Part shown: positions 25,496 through 35,288 of the stretch, in pieces
How the letters are laid out: each line of letters opens with the position of its first letter
Numbering within the stretch: position 1 is the stretch's first letter
DNA from: Candidatus Wildermuthbacteria bacterium
GTDB taxonomy: Bacteria; Patescibacteriota; Minisyncoccia; Minisyncoccales; UBA10102
DNA length: 64,000 bases
Direction: 5' to 3'
Assembly (NCBI GenBank): GCA_016181405.1
Contig: JACOZJ010000002.1
Span: 10,608-74,607, forward strand
The notes under the pieces: model-generated
The model's database searches: none
Seen by the model: only the letters and a program-made list of their open reading frames with translations
What the model was told of the DNA's origin: nothing
Position numbers and translations under genes: made by a program

Positions 25496-26752
25496 TCAAT
25501 CCCCTCTTTTCACAAAAAATATTTTGGCGAACACGCTTGCCTCCTGTACAGAAGGCACACTGTGCACAACGCCAATTTGATCTCTCCCCCGTACGCTATT
25601 TGCGGGTATCGAAACGGTAAGCGCTCTTGGTTCTGCCAACAGCAGGTTTTCTTTTGCGACTACCCGCACCGACAAGGTTCTAATCTTTCCTTCTCCAATC
25701 TGTACCGCCAAGCCCGGAAAGCTAAGGCGATAGCGATCATCCTCTACTGCCGTAAACGAACTTTCGGCAACTTCGATGGTTGCCACGGCCTGCGAACCAT
25801 CTCGAATTTCTACTGCAGAAAGAAAAAGCCAGGGCCTGTCTGTAAATTCAACATCAAGGCGTTCAATGACAATCGACGAATCTATCGCAGAAGCGCGAAA
25901 ACTCAATATATTCACGCCGCCTGCTCCCGATTGGGCCGTAGCCCCAGAAGGACTTCCTTGAATGGCAAGTGTGATAGCTCCCTCCTGCGCAAGATCCTCT
26001 AGAAAAGGGCTTCCCGCTTCGGGGATTGCGGGAGCTGCGGGCGGACACACCGCAGAAGCTTTTGCGCTTACTTCTTGAGAGAAGCTCCCCCATCCTCCCG
26101 CGTTTCCTGCCCGTACTTTGTAGGTATACGCCTTCCCTGCGCCAAGCCCTCGATCAACAAAAGAGAAGACACTGCCTCCGCCCACGCGCGTACTTCCGCG
26201 AAAAACCTCGTAGAACAGGGCTCCGGGGGAAGCACTCCATGTAACCTGCACATTCCCTCCGCAAATACCTTCCTGTGCCCATACAAATGGCGAGGCAGGA
26301 GGGCATTGGGAAGAAATGGTAATCGTTTTTACGGGAGAAACAGATCCGAGCCCTCCTGCATTTTTTGCCCGAACCGTATATGCATAGGTTGCCCCCGGCA
26401 CCAACCCAGTGTCGAGAAATTCCAAATTCTTGCCGCTGTACACCTCAAAGCCGTTCCGGTAGAGCACGTATCCGCTCGCGCCCGACACTCGATCCCACGT
26501 AACTTCAGCTTGCCCGCAATTGGAAATCGTAGGAGCCGCTGGAACAGATGGCTGCGCAAACCGTACAGCCAAAAGTTTTTGCTGCAGCTCAATAATAAGC
26601 TGAAGGAGCTGAACAATAATCGCCTGAAGTTCATTGATATGCTCTTGCTCAGTTACATCTTCGCTCTGCGCGAAAACAGGAGTCAAAACCGCCCCGAAAG
26701 CGAAAACAGAAATTAACAGCACAATCCCCAAGGCAAAAATAGTACCTTTCAT
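25496..26752 (-). CDS. Secreted/surface protein with a signal peptide, a coiled segment, two fibronectin type III domains and a C-terminal beta-rich domain
   Basis: Signal peptide MKGTIFALGIVLLISVFAFGAVLTPVFAQ. FN3-like repeats are AEVTWDRVSGASGYVLYRNG...YAYTVRAKNAGG and VQVTWSASPGALFYEVFRGS...YTYKVRAGNAGG. Confidence 0.75.
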   Translation of the reverse strand: MKGTIFALGIVLLISVFAFGAVLTPVFAQSEDVTEQEHINELQAIIVQLLQLIIELQQKLLAVRFAQPSVPAAPTISNCGQAEVTWDRVSGASGYVLYRNGFEVYSGKNLEFLDTGLVPGATYAYTVRAKNAGGLGSVSPVKTITISSQCPPASPFVWAQEGICGGNVQVTWSASPGALFYEVFRGSTRVGGGSVFSFVDRGLGAGKAYTYKVRAGNAGGWGSFSQEVSAKASAVCPPAAPAIPEAGSPFLEDLAQEGAITLAIQGSPSGATAQSGAGGVNILSFRASAIDSSIVIERLDVEFTDRPWLFLSAVEIRDGSQAVATIEVAESSFTAVEDDRYRLSFPGLAVQIGEGKIRTLSVRVVAKENLLLAEPRALTVSIPANSVRGRDQIGVVHSVPSVQEASVFAKIFFVKRGD

Positions 26753-26787
26753 AGACTATAATATACCATAAATTATAGAGAAGTCAA

Positions 26788-28704
26788 TTATGGGGTGGGC
26801 GTATAGTTTGGGACAATGGTTTGAAGAATATGTACAATCCCCTCCCTTTTCCCCTCTTGGATAGATTCTTGTAAACGCTCAAGCCCTCCTTGAAGCGTAG
26901 ATTCCTCGACGGGAGCAAGTTTCGCCATAAAGATTTTCTCATTTTTTGTAGCTTCAGTTCCCTCTTCCGCGGTCAAGATATCTTCAAAAAACTTTTCGCC
27001 GGGGCGCGGACCCACAAACACAATAGGAATATCCTGATCTGGTTCATATCCTGAAAGCCGGATCATTTCTTTTGCCAAATCTACAATCTTGATTGGTTTC
27101 CCCATATCAAGAACAAATACTTCACCTCCTCGTCCTATTGCGCCAGCTTCCAGCACCAAAAGACATGCTTCAGGAGTGCTCATAAAATATCTCCTCATGT
27201 CAGGATGAGTTACGGTTACCGGTCCGCCCTTTTTAATCTGTTCTCGGAAGATGGGTATAACGCTTCCTCTGCTATCCAATACATTGCCAAATCGCACAGA
27301 AACAAACTTCGTATGGTCTTTCGCATTGAGCCTCTGGCATATCATTTCCCCAACCCGCTTCGTTGCTCCCATCAAAGAAGTTGGATTCACGGCTTTATCG
27401 GTTGAAATAAACACAAATTTTTCTACCCCTTTGTCGCTTGCAAGTTGCGCAATAGTCCTTGTCCCAAAGATATTATTCTTTACTGCTTCGTCTGCGTGAA
27501 GCTCCATTAAAGGCACATGTTTGTAGGCAGCTGCGTGAAAAATAATGTCGGGTTTGTATTCGTCGAGCACAGAACTCATTTTCTGCTTGTCGCAGATATC
27601 CGCAACAACAGAAACTATCCCCAGTTCCAACTGCGCATTTGCTGGAACATTCTGCCGAGGGTACTTTTCGTGGAGTTCGCGATCAATATGAAAAATTCCA
27701 GTTTCGTCCTGGTCTACAAGAATCAACCCGTTAGGAGAAAAACGCATAATCTGCCGACACAATTCAGCCCCGATAGACCCTGCTGCTCCGGTTACCAATA
27801 CTCTCTTTCGCGCGATAAACTCGCGAATCGCCTGCTCATCCAACGCAACTTGTTCTCTCCCCATAAGATCTTCCACCTGTACTTCCCGCAGACTGCGAAT
27901 AGAAATTTGCCCTCCGATCAATTCTGAAAGCGGTGGCACAATTTGTATTTTTTCCAAGCCTGCCTTACGCCCTAACTCTACTGCCGTTTTAATTTGTGCT
28001 GAATATTGCGCGGGAAGAGCAATAATGATAGCTTCAATTTCATGTTCCCGCACAATTCGCTCTATGGCGTTGATTTCCCCAAGCACTCGTATCCCATGAA
28101 TAGTGGCGCCCACCCGAGAAGAATTTATATCCACAAACCCTACTGGAAGATACCTGCTTTTTTGAGACTGTAAAATACTTCGAAGAATTTCTTCGCCTTC
28201 GTCGCGCGCCCCCACAATAAGCGTTCGCTCCTTTTCCTTCTTCCCTCTGTGTTCTGTATCCCACTGTAAATACATGCGCTTGGAGAAACGCAGTCCGCCC
28301 ATAAACAAAAACAGCAGAATATAGGTAAGCAAGAATACAGAGCGGGGAAATCCAGAGAAAAACTCCGCTGTCCGTAACACAAGAAATAGCAGACCTGTCA
28401 CTATTGCGCTTACAAACAAAGCCTGGGCTAAAAGCAGGAGATCTCCAATGCTCACATACGCCCAAGTAAAAGAGTACAGCCGGAACAACAAGAAGACTGG
28501 AATGGTTGCCCCCAGCACAAGCGCAAGCCCTGCCCAAAAACCTCCTCCTTCAAAATATTGTTGAGGAATAGTCCCTTCAAAACGTAAGAGAAATGCGAGC
28601 GTTACAGCAGCCGCAACCGAAACGATATCAACTCCAAGAAAAAACGCGAAACGCTTTTTTCGCGTCCGTTCTAGCATTTTTTTCTGCAGCTCTTTGAAAT
28701 TCAT
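26788..28704 (-). CDS. Membrane-anchored NDP-sugar 4,6-dehydratase/epimerase (CapD/PglF/WbpM family)
   Basis: 4 N-terminal TM spans, then VLVTGAAGSIGAELCRQI, FHAAAYKHVP and FISTDKAVNPTS. Confidence 0.88.
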   Translation of the reverse strand: MNFKELQKKMLERTRKKRFAFFLGVDIVSVAAAVTLAFLLRFEGTIPQQYFEGGGFWAGLALVLGATIPVFLLFRLYSFTWAYVSIGDLLLLAQALFVSAIVTGLLFLVLRTAEFFSGFPRSVFLLTYILLFLFMGGLRFSKRMYLQWDTEHRGKKEKERTLIVGARDEGEEILRSILQSQKSRYLPVGFVDINSSRVGATIHGIRVLGEINAIERIVREHEIEAIIIALPAQYSAQIKTAVELGRKAGLEKIQIVPPLSELIGGQISIRSLREVQVEDLMGREQVALDEQAIREFIARKRVLVTGAAGSIGAELCRQIMRFSPNGLILVDQDETGIFHIDRELHEKYPRQNVPANAQLELGIVSVVADICDKQKMSSVLDEYKPDIIFHAAAYKHVPLMELHADEAVKNNIFGTRTIAQLASDKGVEKFVFISTDKAVNPTSLMGATKRVGEMICQRLNAKDHTKFVSVRFGNVLDSRGSVIPIFREQIKKGGPVTVTHPDMRRYFMSTPEACLLVLEAGAIGRGGEVFVLDMGKPIKIVDLAKEMIRLSGYEPDQDIPIVFVGPRPGEKFFEDILTAEEGTEATKNEKIFMAKLAPVEESTLQGGLERLQESIQEGKREGIVHILQTIVPNYTPTP

Positions 28705-28716
28705 AGTTCGACAGGT

Positions 28717-29883
28717 TTACTGCGCATAGAAACCCTTCACCTGTTCGATCACGTACTGCACCTGCTCTAAGGTGAGCTCCGGATACATAGGGAAAGACAA
28801 CACTTCTCTGCAGATTTTTTCGGTTTCGGGCAATCCGCCAGCTGGCGGATGCACATCGCCGCCAGCGCTTACTAAACGGGGCATCCCACCTTGTACAAAT
28901 ACCGGCTCTTTGTACGTTGGTGTTCCCCACGAAATCATAGTTTCCACCCCCTGTTCTTGGAGAAACTTTGCAAGCTCGTCTCTGCGTTCGGCCCGTATAA
29001 CGTAATTGGTATAGATATCAGAGAAGCGAGGATCGCCAAAGTGCGGCACTTGCACTTGAGCTACTCCCCCTAACCCTTGATGATACAGTTCAGCTATCTC
29101 TTTTCTTCTTTGAAGCCACTGGGGGAAATATTTGAACTTCACTTGCAAAAGTGCGGCCTGAAGGTTATCCATCAAAAAATTGTGAGCATGATAGTAAAAA
29201 TGTCGGTCTTCACGATTCTCGCCGTTGTAGCGCATCAGTCTTGCTTTTTCGGCAATCGCAGGATCATTCGTTGTAATCATTCCACTGCCACCAAAACCCC
29301 CCAGTGCTTTTGCCCAGTACAAACTGAAACATCCCGCAACGCCGAAAGATCCGGCTGACTGCGCAGCGCCGTCTGCCATCTTCATACTGGCGCCTAGAGA
29401 CTGCGCCGCATCTTCTATGACTATCAAACCCTTGCGCTTTGCGATATCCATGATCACTTCCATGTCGCACAGCCGTCCGTTTAAGTGTACGGGCATAATG
29501 GCTTTTGTTTTGGGCGTGATGGCTTTTTCCAAAAGTCTCGTATCCATATTAAAATCTTGGCCAACATCCACGAGCACCGGTGTTGCTCCTGCAAGATATA
29601 TAGAAGATATGCTCGCGATAAACGTGTGAGCCACAGTAATTACCTCATCCCCCTGGCCGATGCCGGCTGCTTGCAAAGCCACGTCTAAAGCCGACGTGCC
29701 AGAGTTTACGCCAATACCGTACTTTACGCCCACAAACTTGGCAAAATCCTCTTCGAACTTCCAGAGCTCTTCTTTGTTTACAATTGCGCCGCGAGAAAGC
29801 GTGTCATCAAACGCCTTGATGAATTCTTCTCTATGGTCGGCATATTGTTTTGCCGGATTCGCAAACCGCACTTTGTATTCCAT
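28717..29883 (-). CDS. DegT/DnrJ/EryC1/StrS-family sugar aminotransferase (PglE/WecE-like)
   Basis: GVNSGTSALDVAL, DEVITVAHTFIAS and CFSLYWAKALG. ATG at 29883; the ORF-track start at 29904 is a TTG. Confidence 0.88.
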   Translation of the reverse strand: MEYKVRFANPAKQYADHREEFIKAFDDTLSRGAIVNKEELWKFEEDFAKFVGVKYGIGVNSGTSALDVALQAAGIGQGDEVITVAHTFIASISSIYLAGATPVLVDVGQDFNMDTRLLEKAITPKTKAIMPVHLNGRLCDMEVIMDIAKRKGLIVIEDAAQSLGASMKMADGAAQSAGSFGVAGCFSLYWAKALGGFGGSGMITTNDPAIAEKARLMRYNGENREDRHFYYHAHNFLMDNLQAALLQVKFKYFPQWLQRRKEIAELYHQGLGGVAQVQVPHFGDPRFSDIYTNYVIRAERRDELAKFLQEQGVETMISWGTPTYKEPVFVQGGMPRLVSAGGDVHPPAGGLPETEKICREVLSFPMYPELTLEQVQYVIEQVKGFYAQ

Positions 29884-30028
29884 ATAGCTTTTATGGTAGC
29901 TCAAAAACTCTGCTTCCGCAAGTTTGACATTTAAGCAAAGTTATGCCACTCTTTGCAGTCGCATACCCGTAGACAGACGGTCAGAGCGATCGTCTTCTGA
30001 GCGAGTTACCAAACTCCCAAAGTCAAAA

Positions 30029-30068
30029 CCCCCACCGGTCGTATGACCGCGCCGGGGGATTTTCTTTT
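30029..30068. terminator. GC-rich hairpin terminator, copy A (usable on both strands)
   Basis: CCCCCACCGGTCGTATGACCGCGCCGGGGG followed by ATTTTCTTTT. On the minus strand TTTTG follows the hairpin after the stop of 30078-30539. It is 29/30 identical to 31355-31384. Confidence 0.65.
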
Positions 30069-30077
30069 AGTTTAAAA

Positions 30078-30539
30078 TTATGCCTGTCCAACTTTAATTT
30101 TACCTCCTGGGACACAAATGCTAATTTCCATTCCATAAGCCACTCCGGGAATTTTTACGCTTAAAAGTTCTACTGTATCATCGGCATGCGACTTTACGTC
30201 TGACGGACATGGGTAGTAAATATACCCTTCGTACTCCTTCCTCTCATAGTCGATCAATGTTTTTACGAACCAGAATGTCTCTGTAAGTTCTTCAAACCAC
30301 GTGCAAGTCACCCGATAATCTGGTTCAACTATCTTAAATGTGAACGGAGATATATCTACATTAATAGTACCACTATACATTTCGGAAATGCCCTCTACTC
30401 CCGCTTTCTCAAAGAATGGTTTTTGCAGAGCAATCGTATTGTTGAGTTTCATTCCGAGCTTAACTGGCGGATTTGGGTTCAAACCAGACGCTATTCTTAA
30501 CCCCTGTTTTATTTTCCCTTTTACCATTACTTCTTTCAT
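30078..30539 (-). CDS. Hypothetical protein (weak resemblance to the DUF120/CTP-dependent riboflavin-kinase beta-barrel)
   Basis: 153 aa. GKIKQGLRIASG...SGTINVDI...YYPCPSDVKSHADDTVELLS recalls G.V.SG.G...GTLN...H..EII. The family call is low confidence. Confidence 0.55.
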   Translation of the reverse strand: MKEVMVKGKIKQGLRIASGLNPNPPVKLGMKLNNTIALQKPFFEKAGVEGISEMYSGTINVDISPFTFKIVEPDYRVTCTWFEELTETFWFVKTLIDYERKEYEGYIYYPCPSDVKSHADDTVELLSVKIPGVAYGMEISICVPGGKIKVGQA

Positions 30540-30575
30540 GGAAGTATTATACGTTAAAATCCTCTTTCCGCAAAT

Positions 30576-30604
30576 TTGACAAGCTATAAAAATTGTGCTA
30601 CTAT
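30576..30604 (+). promoter_or_regulatory. Sigma70-like promoter of the GC-rich HAD cassette
   Basis: TTGACA (30576-81), a 17-nt spacer, then TACTAT (30599-604). A GGAAGGAGAG SD precedes the ATG at 30641. Confidence 0.55.
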
Positions 30605-30640
30605 TCCCCCAGTATCACCGCTCATAGGAAGGAGAGCGCG

Positions 30641-31345
30641 ATGGCGATCAAAGGGGTTGCCTTCGACCTGGAAGACACGGTTATTCATGTTGGTAACGTG
30701 CACTTTGAAGCATTCGCCCGTGCGGCGGAAGAGATCGGCGTCATATTCGACCGGAACAATCTGGCCGCAGACATCGCCCGCCAAATTGAGAATGCCATTG
30801 GAGGCGGAGACGCACTCATTGCCGAAGGCATCTCGCAATTATCGGGTAGGAGTGCTGCCGGAGCAGAGATTCGGCGCCGCAAGGTGAGGTTTTACGACGA
30901 GATCATAGAAGGCTTCGTTTCGATCGAACCTCGCCCTGGATTTTTGGACGTTCTGGAGCAAATTCGCACCCGGGGATTTCCAATAGCGATTGCATCGATG
31001 ACTCCGAGGAGGCAGGCGGAAATCCTGCTCGAGCGGTCGGGTATTGCCAAGATTTTCCCGGGAAACCTCATTCTTCTCGAGGATTCTGTGAAGCACCTCA
31101 AGCCGGCGCCTGATGTGTATCTTGAGGCGGCACGACGGATGGGGATTCCCCCGTCCAAACAGCTTGTCTTCGAAGATTCGGCCACCGGCATCAAGGCGGC
31201 TCGCGCTGCTGGATCGCCGGTAATCGCAATGCCCGGCTACACCTTCTCGGAGAATCTAACGAAACTCCGGGAAGCGGGTGCCACCAAGATCTTCTATGGT
31301 TGGGAGGAAGTGGACATCGCCGCTCTCCTCCAAGAGTTCGACTAA
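30641..31345 (+). CDS. HAD-IA family phosphatase (beta-phosphoglucomutase-like), GC-richer cassette
   Basis: Motif I is VAFDLEDTV (D-x-E variant). IASMT and FEDSATGIKAARAAG are present. The ORF-track start at 30593 lies upstream of the predicted -10 element. Confidence 0.8.
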   Translation: MAIKGVAFDLEDTVIHVGNVHFEAFARAAEEIGVIFDRNNLAADIARQIENAIGGGDALIAEGISQLSGRSAAGAEIRRRKVRFYDEIIEGFVSIEPRPGFLDVLEQIRTRGFPIAIASMTPRRQAEILLERSGIAKIFPGNLILLEDSVKHLKPAPDVYLEAARRMGIPPSKQLVFEDSATGIKAARAAGSPVIAMPGYTFSENLTKLREAGATKIFYGWEEVDIAALLQEFD

Positions 31346-31354
31346 ACCACCAAG

Positions 31355-31399
31355 CCCCCGCCGGTCGTATGACCGCGCCGGGGGCTTCTTTCTTTTTTT
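31355..31399 (+). terminator. GC-rich hairpin terminator, copy B
   Basis: CCCCCGCCGGTCGTATGACCGCGCCGGGGG followed by CTTCTTTCTTTTTTT. Confidence 0.7.
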
Positions 31400-31500
31400 A
31401 GGAGAGATTTTTTATCCAGTCCCCAATAGCCTCTTAGGAACTTTGCTCTTGAGAGGCTTATTTATTGATTTAGGAGAATGAATTTATTACAGTGGAAAGT

Positions 31501-32160
31501 ATGAGTTATCGAACAAAAGCAGTCATTTTTGATATGGATGGTACTCTTGTGAATACCGACGCCGTAACCCCTGAATTAGAGAAAAATATGTTGAAAGATT
31601 TGGGAGTTCCATACACCGATGAGTTTGAAAAAGAAATCAGCGGTTTGTCCATACGCGAATTGTACAGCCTTATACAAAAAAAATACGTTCCTGACTTTTC
31701 GGTAGAGAAGGCGAATAAAGCATACGCAGATCTCGCAAAAACAGTATACCAAGAACGATCGAGTTTAATGCCTGGGGCAAAGGAATTAATCTTTCTGTTG
31801 CAAAGAAAACATATTCCTATGGCTATAGCTTCCGCCGCACCCAAAGAATGGATCGATATGTTTGTGAAACGATTTGAATTTGAGGAAACATTTCAGCATC
31901 TTCTTTCGATACACTCCATGCAACTTCCTTCCAAGCCTAATCCAGCAATTTTCAACGAAGCAATCCAACTTTTAAACGTAGAGCCGCAAGATACGGTAAT
32001 TTTTGAGGATACGGCGAGAGGTGTTCAGGCAGGGAAGATGGCTGGCGCTCGCGTGGTCGCGGTGCCAGACAAAAGATGGAGTTTTGGAGATTTCAGCTCG
32101 GCAGATCTTGTTGCGAACACTCTGCAAGATCCAAATATAATCCCTTTTCTATTTTCCTAA
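31501..32160 (+). CDS. HAD-IA family phosphatase (canonical DxDGT)
   Basis: AVIFDMDGTLVNTD, ASAAPKEW and FEDTARGVQAGKMAGARVVAV. ATG at 31501 (GTG at 31492 is possible). Its 3' end overlaps the convergent aminotransferase by 12 nt. Confidence 0.82.
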   Translation: MSYRTKAVIFDMDGTLVNTDAVTPELEKNMLKDLGVPYTDEFEKEISGLSIRELYSLIQKKYVPDFSVEKANKAYADLAKTVYQERSSLMPGAKELIFLLQRKHIPMAIASAAPKEWIDMFVKRFEFEETFQHLLSIHSMQLPSKPNPAIFNEAIQLLNVEPQDTVIFEDTARGVQAGKMAGARVVAVPDKRWSFGDFSSADLVANTLQDPNIIPFLFS

Positions 32161-33381
32161 CGTTTCCGTCCAAACGCGGAGACGTTGGAAACCTTCGTCA
32201 ATTTCTTCGGGACTGCAGGCAAAAGAAAAACGAAGGTGGCCTTCGCCATAAGGGCCAAACGCAACGCCCGGAATCGTAACGACCTTGGCTTCTTGTAAGA
32301 TCTTCACGGCAAGTTCGGCAGACCCCAATCCAGACTTTTGATATTTCGCAAGAATATAATAAGCGCCTTGCGGTTTTTTATACTCAAAAAATCCAGAAAG
32401 TTCGTCTAACTTCTTACACATTAACTCACGGTTTTCCGTGAGTTTTTCTACAAACTCCGCAACGCTCTTTTGATCTCCGCGCAAAGCCGTAATGACTGCC
32501 TTTTGCGAAATGGCAGGCGCGCAAATAGCAAGAGCGTCGTGCACCTTAAGCATATGCGCCATAATGCCTTGCTCTGCAAACGCATATCCTACCCGGTAGC
32601 CGGTAAGAGCGTATTTTTTCGAAAAGCTTCCGCACAGAATAACACGATCTCGAATATCGGAAAAGGAAGCTGGAGAAACATGTGTTTTCCCTTCATAGAC
32701 AAGAAAGTCATATGTTTCGTCGGTTATAAGAACAAGGTCATGTTCTTTCGCGAGATCTGCCAAAATTCGCAGTTCCTCTTGGGCAAATACTGTTCCCGTG
32801 GGATTGGAAGGGTGTGAGAATAAAATCGCTTTTGTTTTTGGGCTCACCTTTTCGAGCAGAGCTTCTTTGTTTAAATGCCACCCGCGATCTTCATCTAAAG
32901 GCACAAACACTGGCACGCCGCCCAGCTGAAGAATTTGTTCTGAATACGATGCAAACGAAGGCGAAAGCAACAGTACTTCGTCGCCTTCGTCGACCACCGT
33001 AACCAAAGCGCACATAACGGCTTCCTGGCAGCCGGAACTTATCATAACTTCGCGAGAGAATTTTACGTTCTCAACCCCCTTTCTTGCCATTAAGTCTTTT
33101 GCCACAAGCTCTCGCAATTCTGTAATGCCGGGCTCCAAGGTATAGCGAGCAGTATCTCTTTCTTGCAGCGCCGCGCGGATGCCTTCCTTAATGTACTCTG
33201 GCGTATCGAAATATGGGATGCCCTGCCCAAAAGAAACAATTGTTGCTCCAGTATCTTGGCGCACCTCATCTGCCAGAATCGACATTTCTTTAATAGGCGA
33301 GAGAACGATTCTCTGCACGCGCTCTGAAATATTTTTTGTCCGGACCTCGCGACCCAAAGCCCCAAAAGCAGACCTATGCAT
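32149..33381 (-). CDS. Class I/II pyridoxal-phosphate aminotransferase (aspartate-aminotransferase-like)
   Basis: SHPSNPTG and the SFSKKYALTGYRVGY lysine box. Confidence 0.85.
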   Translation of the reverse strand: MHRSAFGALGREVRTKNISERVQRIVLSPIKEMSILADEVRQDTGATIVSFGQGIPYFDTPEYIKEGIRAALQERDTARYTLEPGITELRELVAKDLMARKGVENVKFSREVMISSGCQEAVMCALVTVVDEGDEVLLLSPSFASYSEQILQLGGVPVFVPLDEDRGWHLNKEALLEKVSPKTKAILFSHPSNPTGTVFAQEELRILADLAKEHDLVLITDETYDFLVYEGKTHVSPASFSDIRDRVILCGSFSKKYALTGYRVGYAFAEQGIMAHMLKVHDALAICAPAISQKAVITALRGDQKSVAEFVEKLTENRELMCKKLDELSGFFEYKKPQGAYYILAKYQKSGLGSAELAVKILQEAKVVTIPGVAFGPYGEGHLRFSFACSPEEIDEGFQRLRVWTETLGK

Positions 33382-33419
33382 ATAAAAATATTATACTCTT
33401 GTACTCACAACCCCGCAAC

Positions 33420-33448
33420 TTGACACTTCCTTAAACTTACATTATACT
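33420..33448 (+). promoter_or_regulatory. Sigma70-like promoter of the GC-rich two-gene island
   Basis: CCGCAAC-TTGACA (33420-25), a 17-nt spacer, then TATACT (33443-48). An AGGAGG SD lies at 33483-88. Confidence 0.55.
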
Positions 33449-33494
33449 AGCACCCACTGGAGATCCCAGCACACCATGGAGCAGGAGGCCAGAG

Positions 33495-34265
33495 ATGGTA
33501 GAGAAAGTCCGAGTGGACAATATCGCCAGCGTGGGGATCATCTACAGGAGGTTCCACCCAGACCAGATCTTGATTGACATCAAGGATGGAGGGTATCCGC
33601 TCAAGGCATTCAGGTGGATGCTCTGCCCCATCGGAGGAAACTGGATCGGGCCTACAGCCCGCAACGACCAGAACACCCGAGATACCTTGATCCGCGAGAT
33701 GAGCGAGGAACTCTCTCTCGATTCGAGGGAAACCTCCACGGAAGACGCAGCGCTGCTGGGCCTCGAGCCCGAGCAAGCGACATACGTGGTTCCCAAGAAG
33801 GGCGTTGCGTCGACCGACGAAGATCGCGAGAAGCTCGGGCGCCTCAAGGGGGCCTTCGCAAACACTGCAGAGCCCTTCGGTGATTTCCTAGTCAACGTAC
33901 CGAAGTCGGTGCTCGACCGGGGAGTCCCCGACAACACCCGGCCAGGTTACACTTCCATCCTTTCCTACTGGCGCGTGCCAGTGGACGAAGAGGATTGGGC
34001 GACTCTCGTCGATATGCATGCAAAGTACGGCAACCTCTCTGTCGAGAGTATAGCCGTAATCATCTCGCTCGAAGAAATCGTGACCACGCGCAGGCACACC
34101 TGCTGCGGCCACGATCGGATCCTGCAACAATGGTTTGCGAGCATGGGGTGCGTCGAAACGATGCATCTCCCCCTGCTCCCTGATATCTTCTGCGCCTACC
34201 TCCATCAACCGCTCGCGAGCTACGAAGAGTACCTCGAGCGGTACGAGGTAGTCAGGCACCCCTAG
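33495..34265 (+). CDS. Divergent Nudix-fold protein with a C-terminal extension (GC-rich island)
   Basis: GGNWIGPTARNDQNTRDTLIREMSEELSL aligns to the Nudix box (REMSEEL = REUxEEx), but the upstream Glu and the Gly are replaced. About 120 aa of unassigned C-terminal domain follow. Confidence 0.6.
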   Translation: MVEKVRVDNIASVGIIYRRFHPDQILIDIKDGGYPLKAFRWMLCPIGGNWIGPTARNDQNTRDTLIREMSEELSLDSRETSTEDAALLGLEPEQATYVVPKKGVASTDEDREKLGRLKGAFANTAEPFGDFLVNVPKSVLDRGVPDNTRPGYTSILSYWRVPVDEEDWATLVDMHAKYGNLSVESIAVIISLEEIVTTRRHTCCGHDRILQQWFASMGCVETMHLPLLPDIFCAYLHQPLASYEEYLERYEVVRHP

Positions 34266-34407
34266 CACCTTTCAAGCGCCTGGCGGAAATTCGTTTTCGT
34301 ATCAACGACAACGAACCCGCTCGGCGCTTCTTTTTTAGTTGACAACCGCAAAAAAAGTGGTAAGCTTTAACCACGAGGAATCGTAAACTACCGAAGGAGT
34401 TTCAAGC

Positions 34408-35247
34408 ATGGAGAACCTACAAGAAGAGCGTTGGCTCGCAATTGAGCTCGCGGTCCGCGGGGGCGAGATGATCCAAACAGCTCTCTCCTCTGCCAGATCT
34501 CCCGAGGCAATCGGGCGCAGGTGGTCGCGCGCGCGCCACACCGAAATCAAAACCAAGATCGACAAAGATGTCGATGATATGTTGAGAGGCGAAATCCAGC
34601 GCGCTTTTCTGGACGATGCGATTCTCTCTGAAGAGAATGCGCCTCGAGAAGGAAAGTCTGGGAGAGTTTGGGTCATTGATCCAATCGACGGCACTCTCAA
34701 CCTCCAAGATCCGCTTTTCGGAACATTTGGAGTATGCGTGGCTCTCGCGGTGGACAACGTCCCAGTCTTGGGAGTTGTCTTCTCGCCTGATGTAAGGGCT
34801 GGACGCGGTGGACGCATTTGGATCGGAGAAGAAGGCAAGCAAGCGCTTTACTCTCCCGATTATCCCAATGTGGAACCCACGGGAACGCACGTTTCTGACT
34901 GCGCCATACGCAATCACGCGATCGGCGCTTTCGACTCGGGCAAACACGATCGGGCTGTCGTGTATCCCTACGTGAAAAAACTGGATCACGACACAGCCGG
35001 CGTGACCTGCGTATACCGCATTGCTTCAGCATCCATGTCTCTTGCTGCGGTTGCAACTGGAGATTGGGATTTTTACGGTGCCACTTCTGCAGAATCCGAA
35101 GACCTATCAGCGATGGTCCCAATCTTGAAAGGCACCGGAGCTGTAGTCACCACTCTCGACGGCCGGCCGTGGACCATTAAAGAACCGTCGATCCTGACGG
35201 CCAACTCTGTACTCCATGGCGATCTCCTGCAGTACCTTAACTCATAG
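34408..35247 (+). CDS. Inositol-monophosphatase-family phosphatase (second, GC-rich paralogue)
   Basis: ILSEENAP, VWVIDPIDGTLNL and WDFYGATSAESEDL...GTGAVVTTLDG. A GAAGGAG SD is present. Confidence 0.8.
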   Translation: MENLQEERWLAIELAVRGGEMIQTALSSARSPEAIGRRWSRARHTEIKTKIDKDVDDMLRGEIQRAFLDDAILSEENAPREGKSGRVWVIDPIDGTLNLQDPLFGTFGVCVALAVDNVPVLGVVFSPDVRAGRGGRIWIGEEGKQALYSPDYPNVEPTGTHVSDCAIRNHAIGAFDSGKHDRAVVYPYVKKLDHDTAGVTCVYRIASASMSLAAVATGDWDFYGATSAESEDLSAMVPILKGTGAVVTTLDGRPWTIKEPSILTANSVLHGDLLQYLNS

Positions 35248-35255
35248 AACACAAG

Positions 35256-35288
35256 CCCCTGCTGTTGCCGGCAAGGGGATTTTCTTTT
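35256..35288 (+). terminator. Intrinsic terminator of the GC-rich island
   Basis: CCCCTGCTGTTGCCGGCAAGGGG followed by ATTTTCTTTT. The T-run overlaps the stop codon of the convergent truncated transketolase subunit. Confidence 0.65.

Noticed and set aside
33542-35122. Multiple 90-190 aa ORFs on both strands inside the GC-rich island (33542-33937, 33614-33883, 33888-34268, 34335-34838, 34417-34989 and 34697-35122).
   Set aside because: High GC suppresses stop codons in all frames. Only the frames 33495-34265 and 34408-35247 have SD sequences and family motifs (Nudix-like and IMPase).
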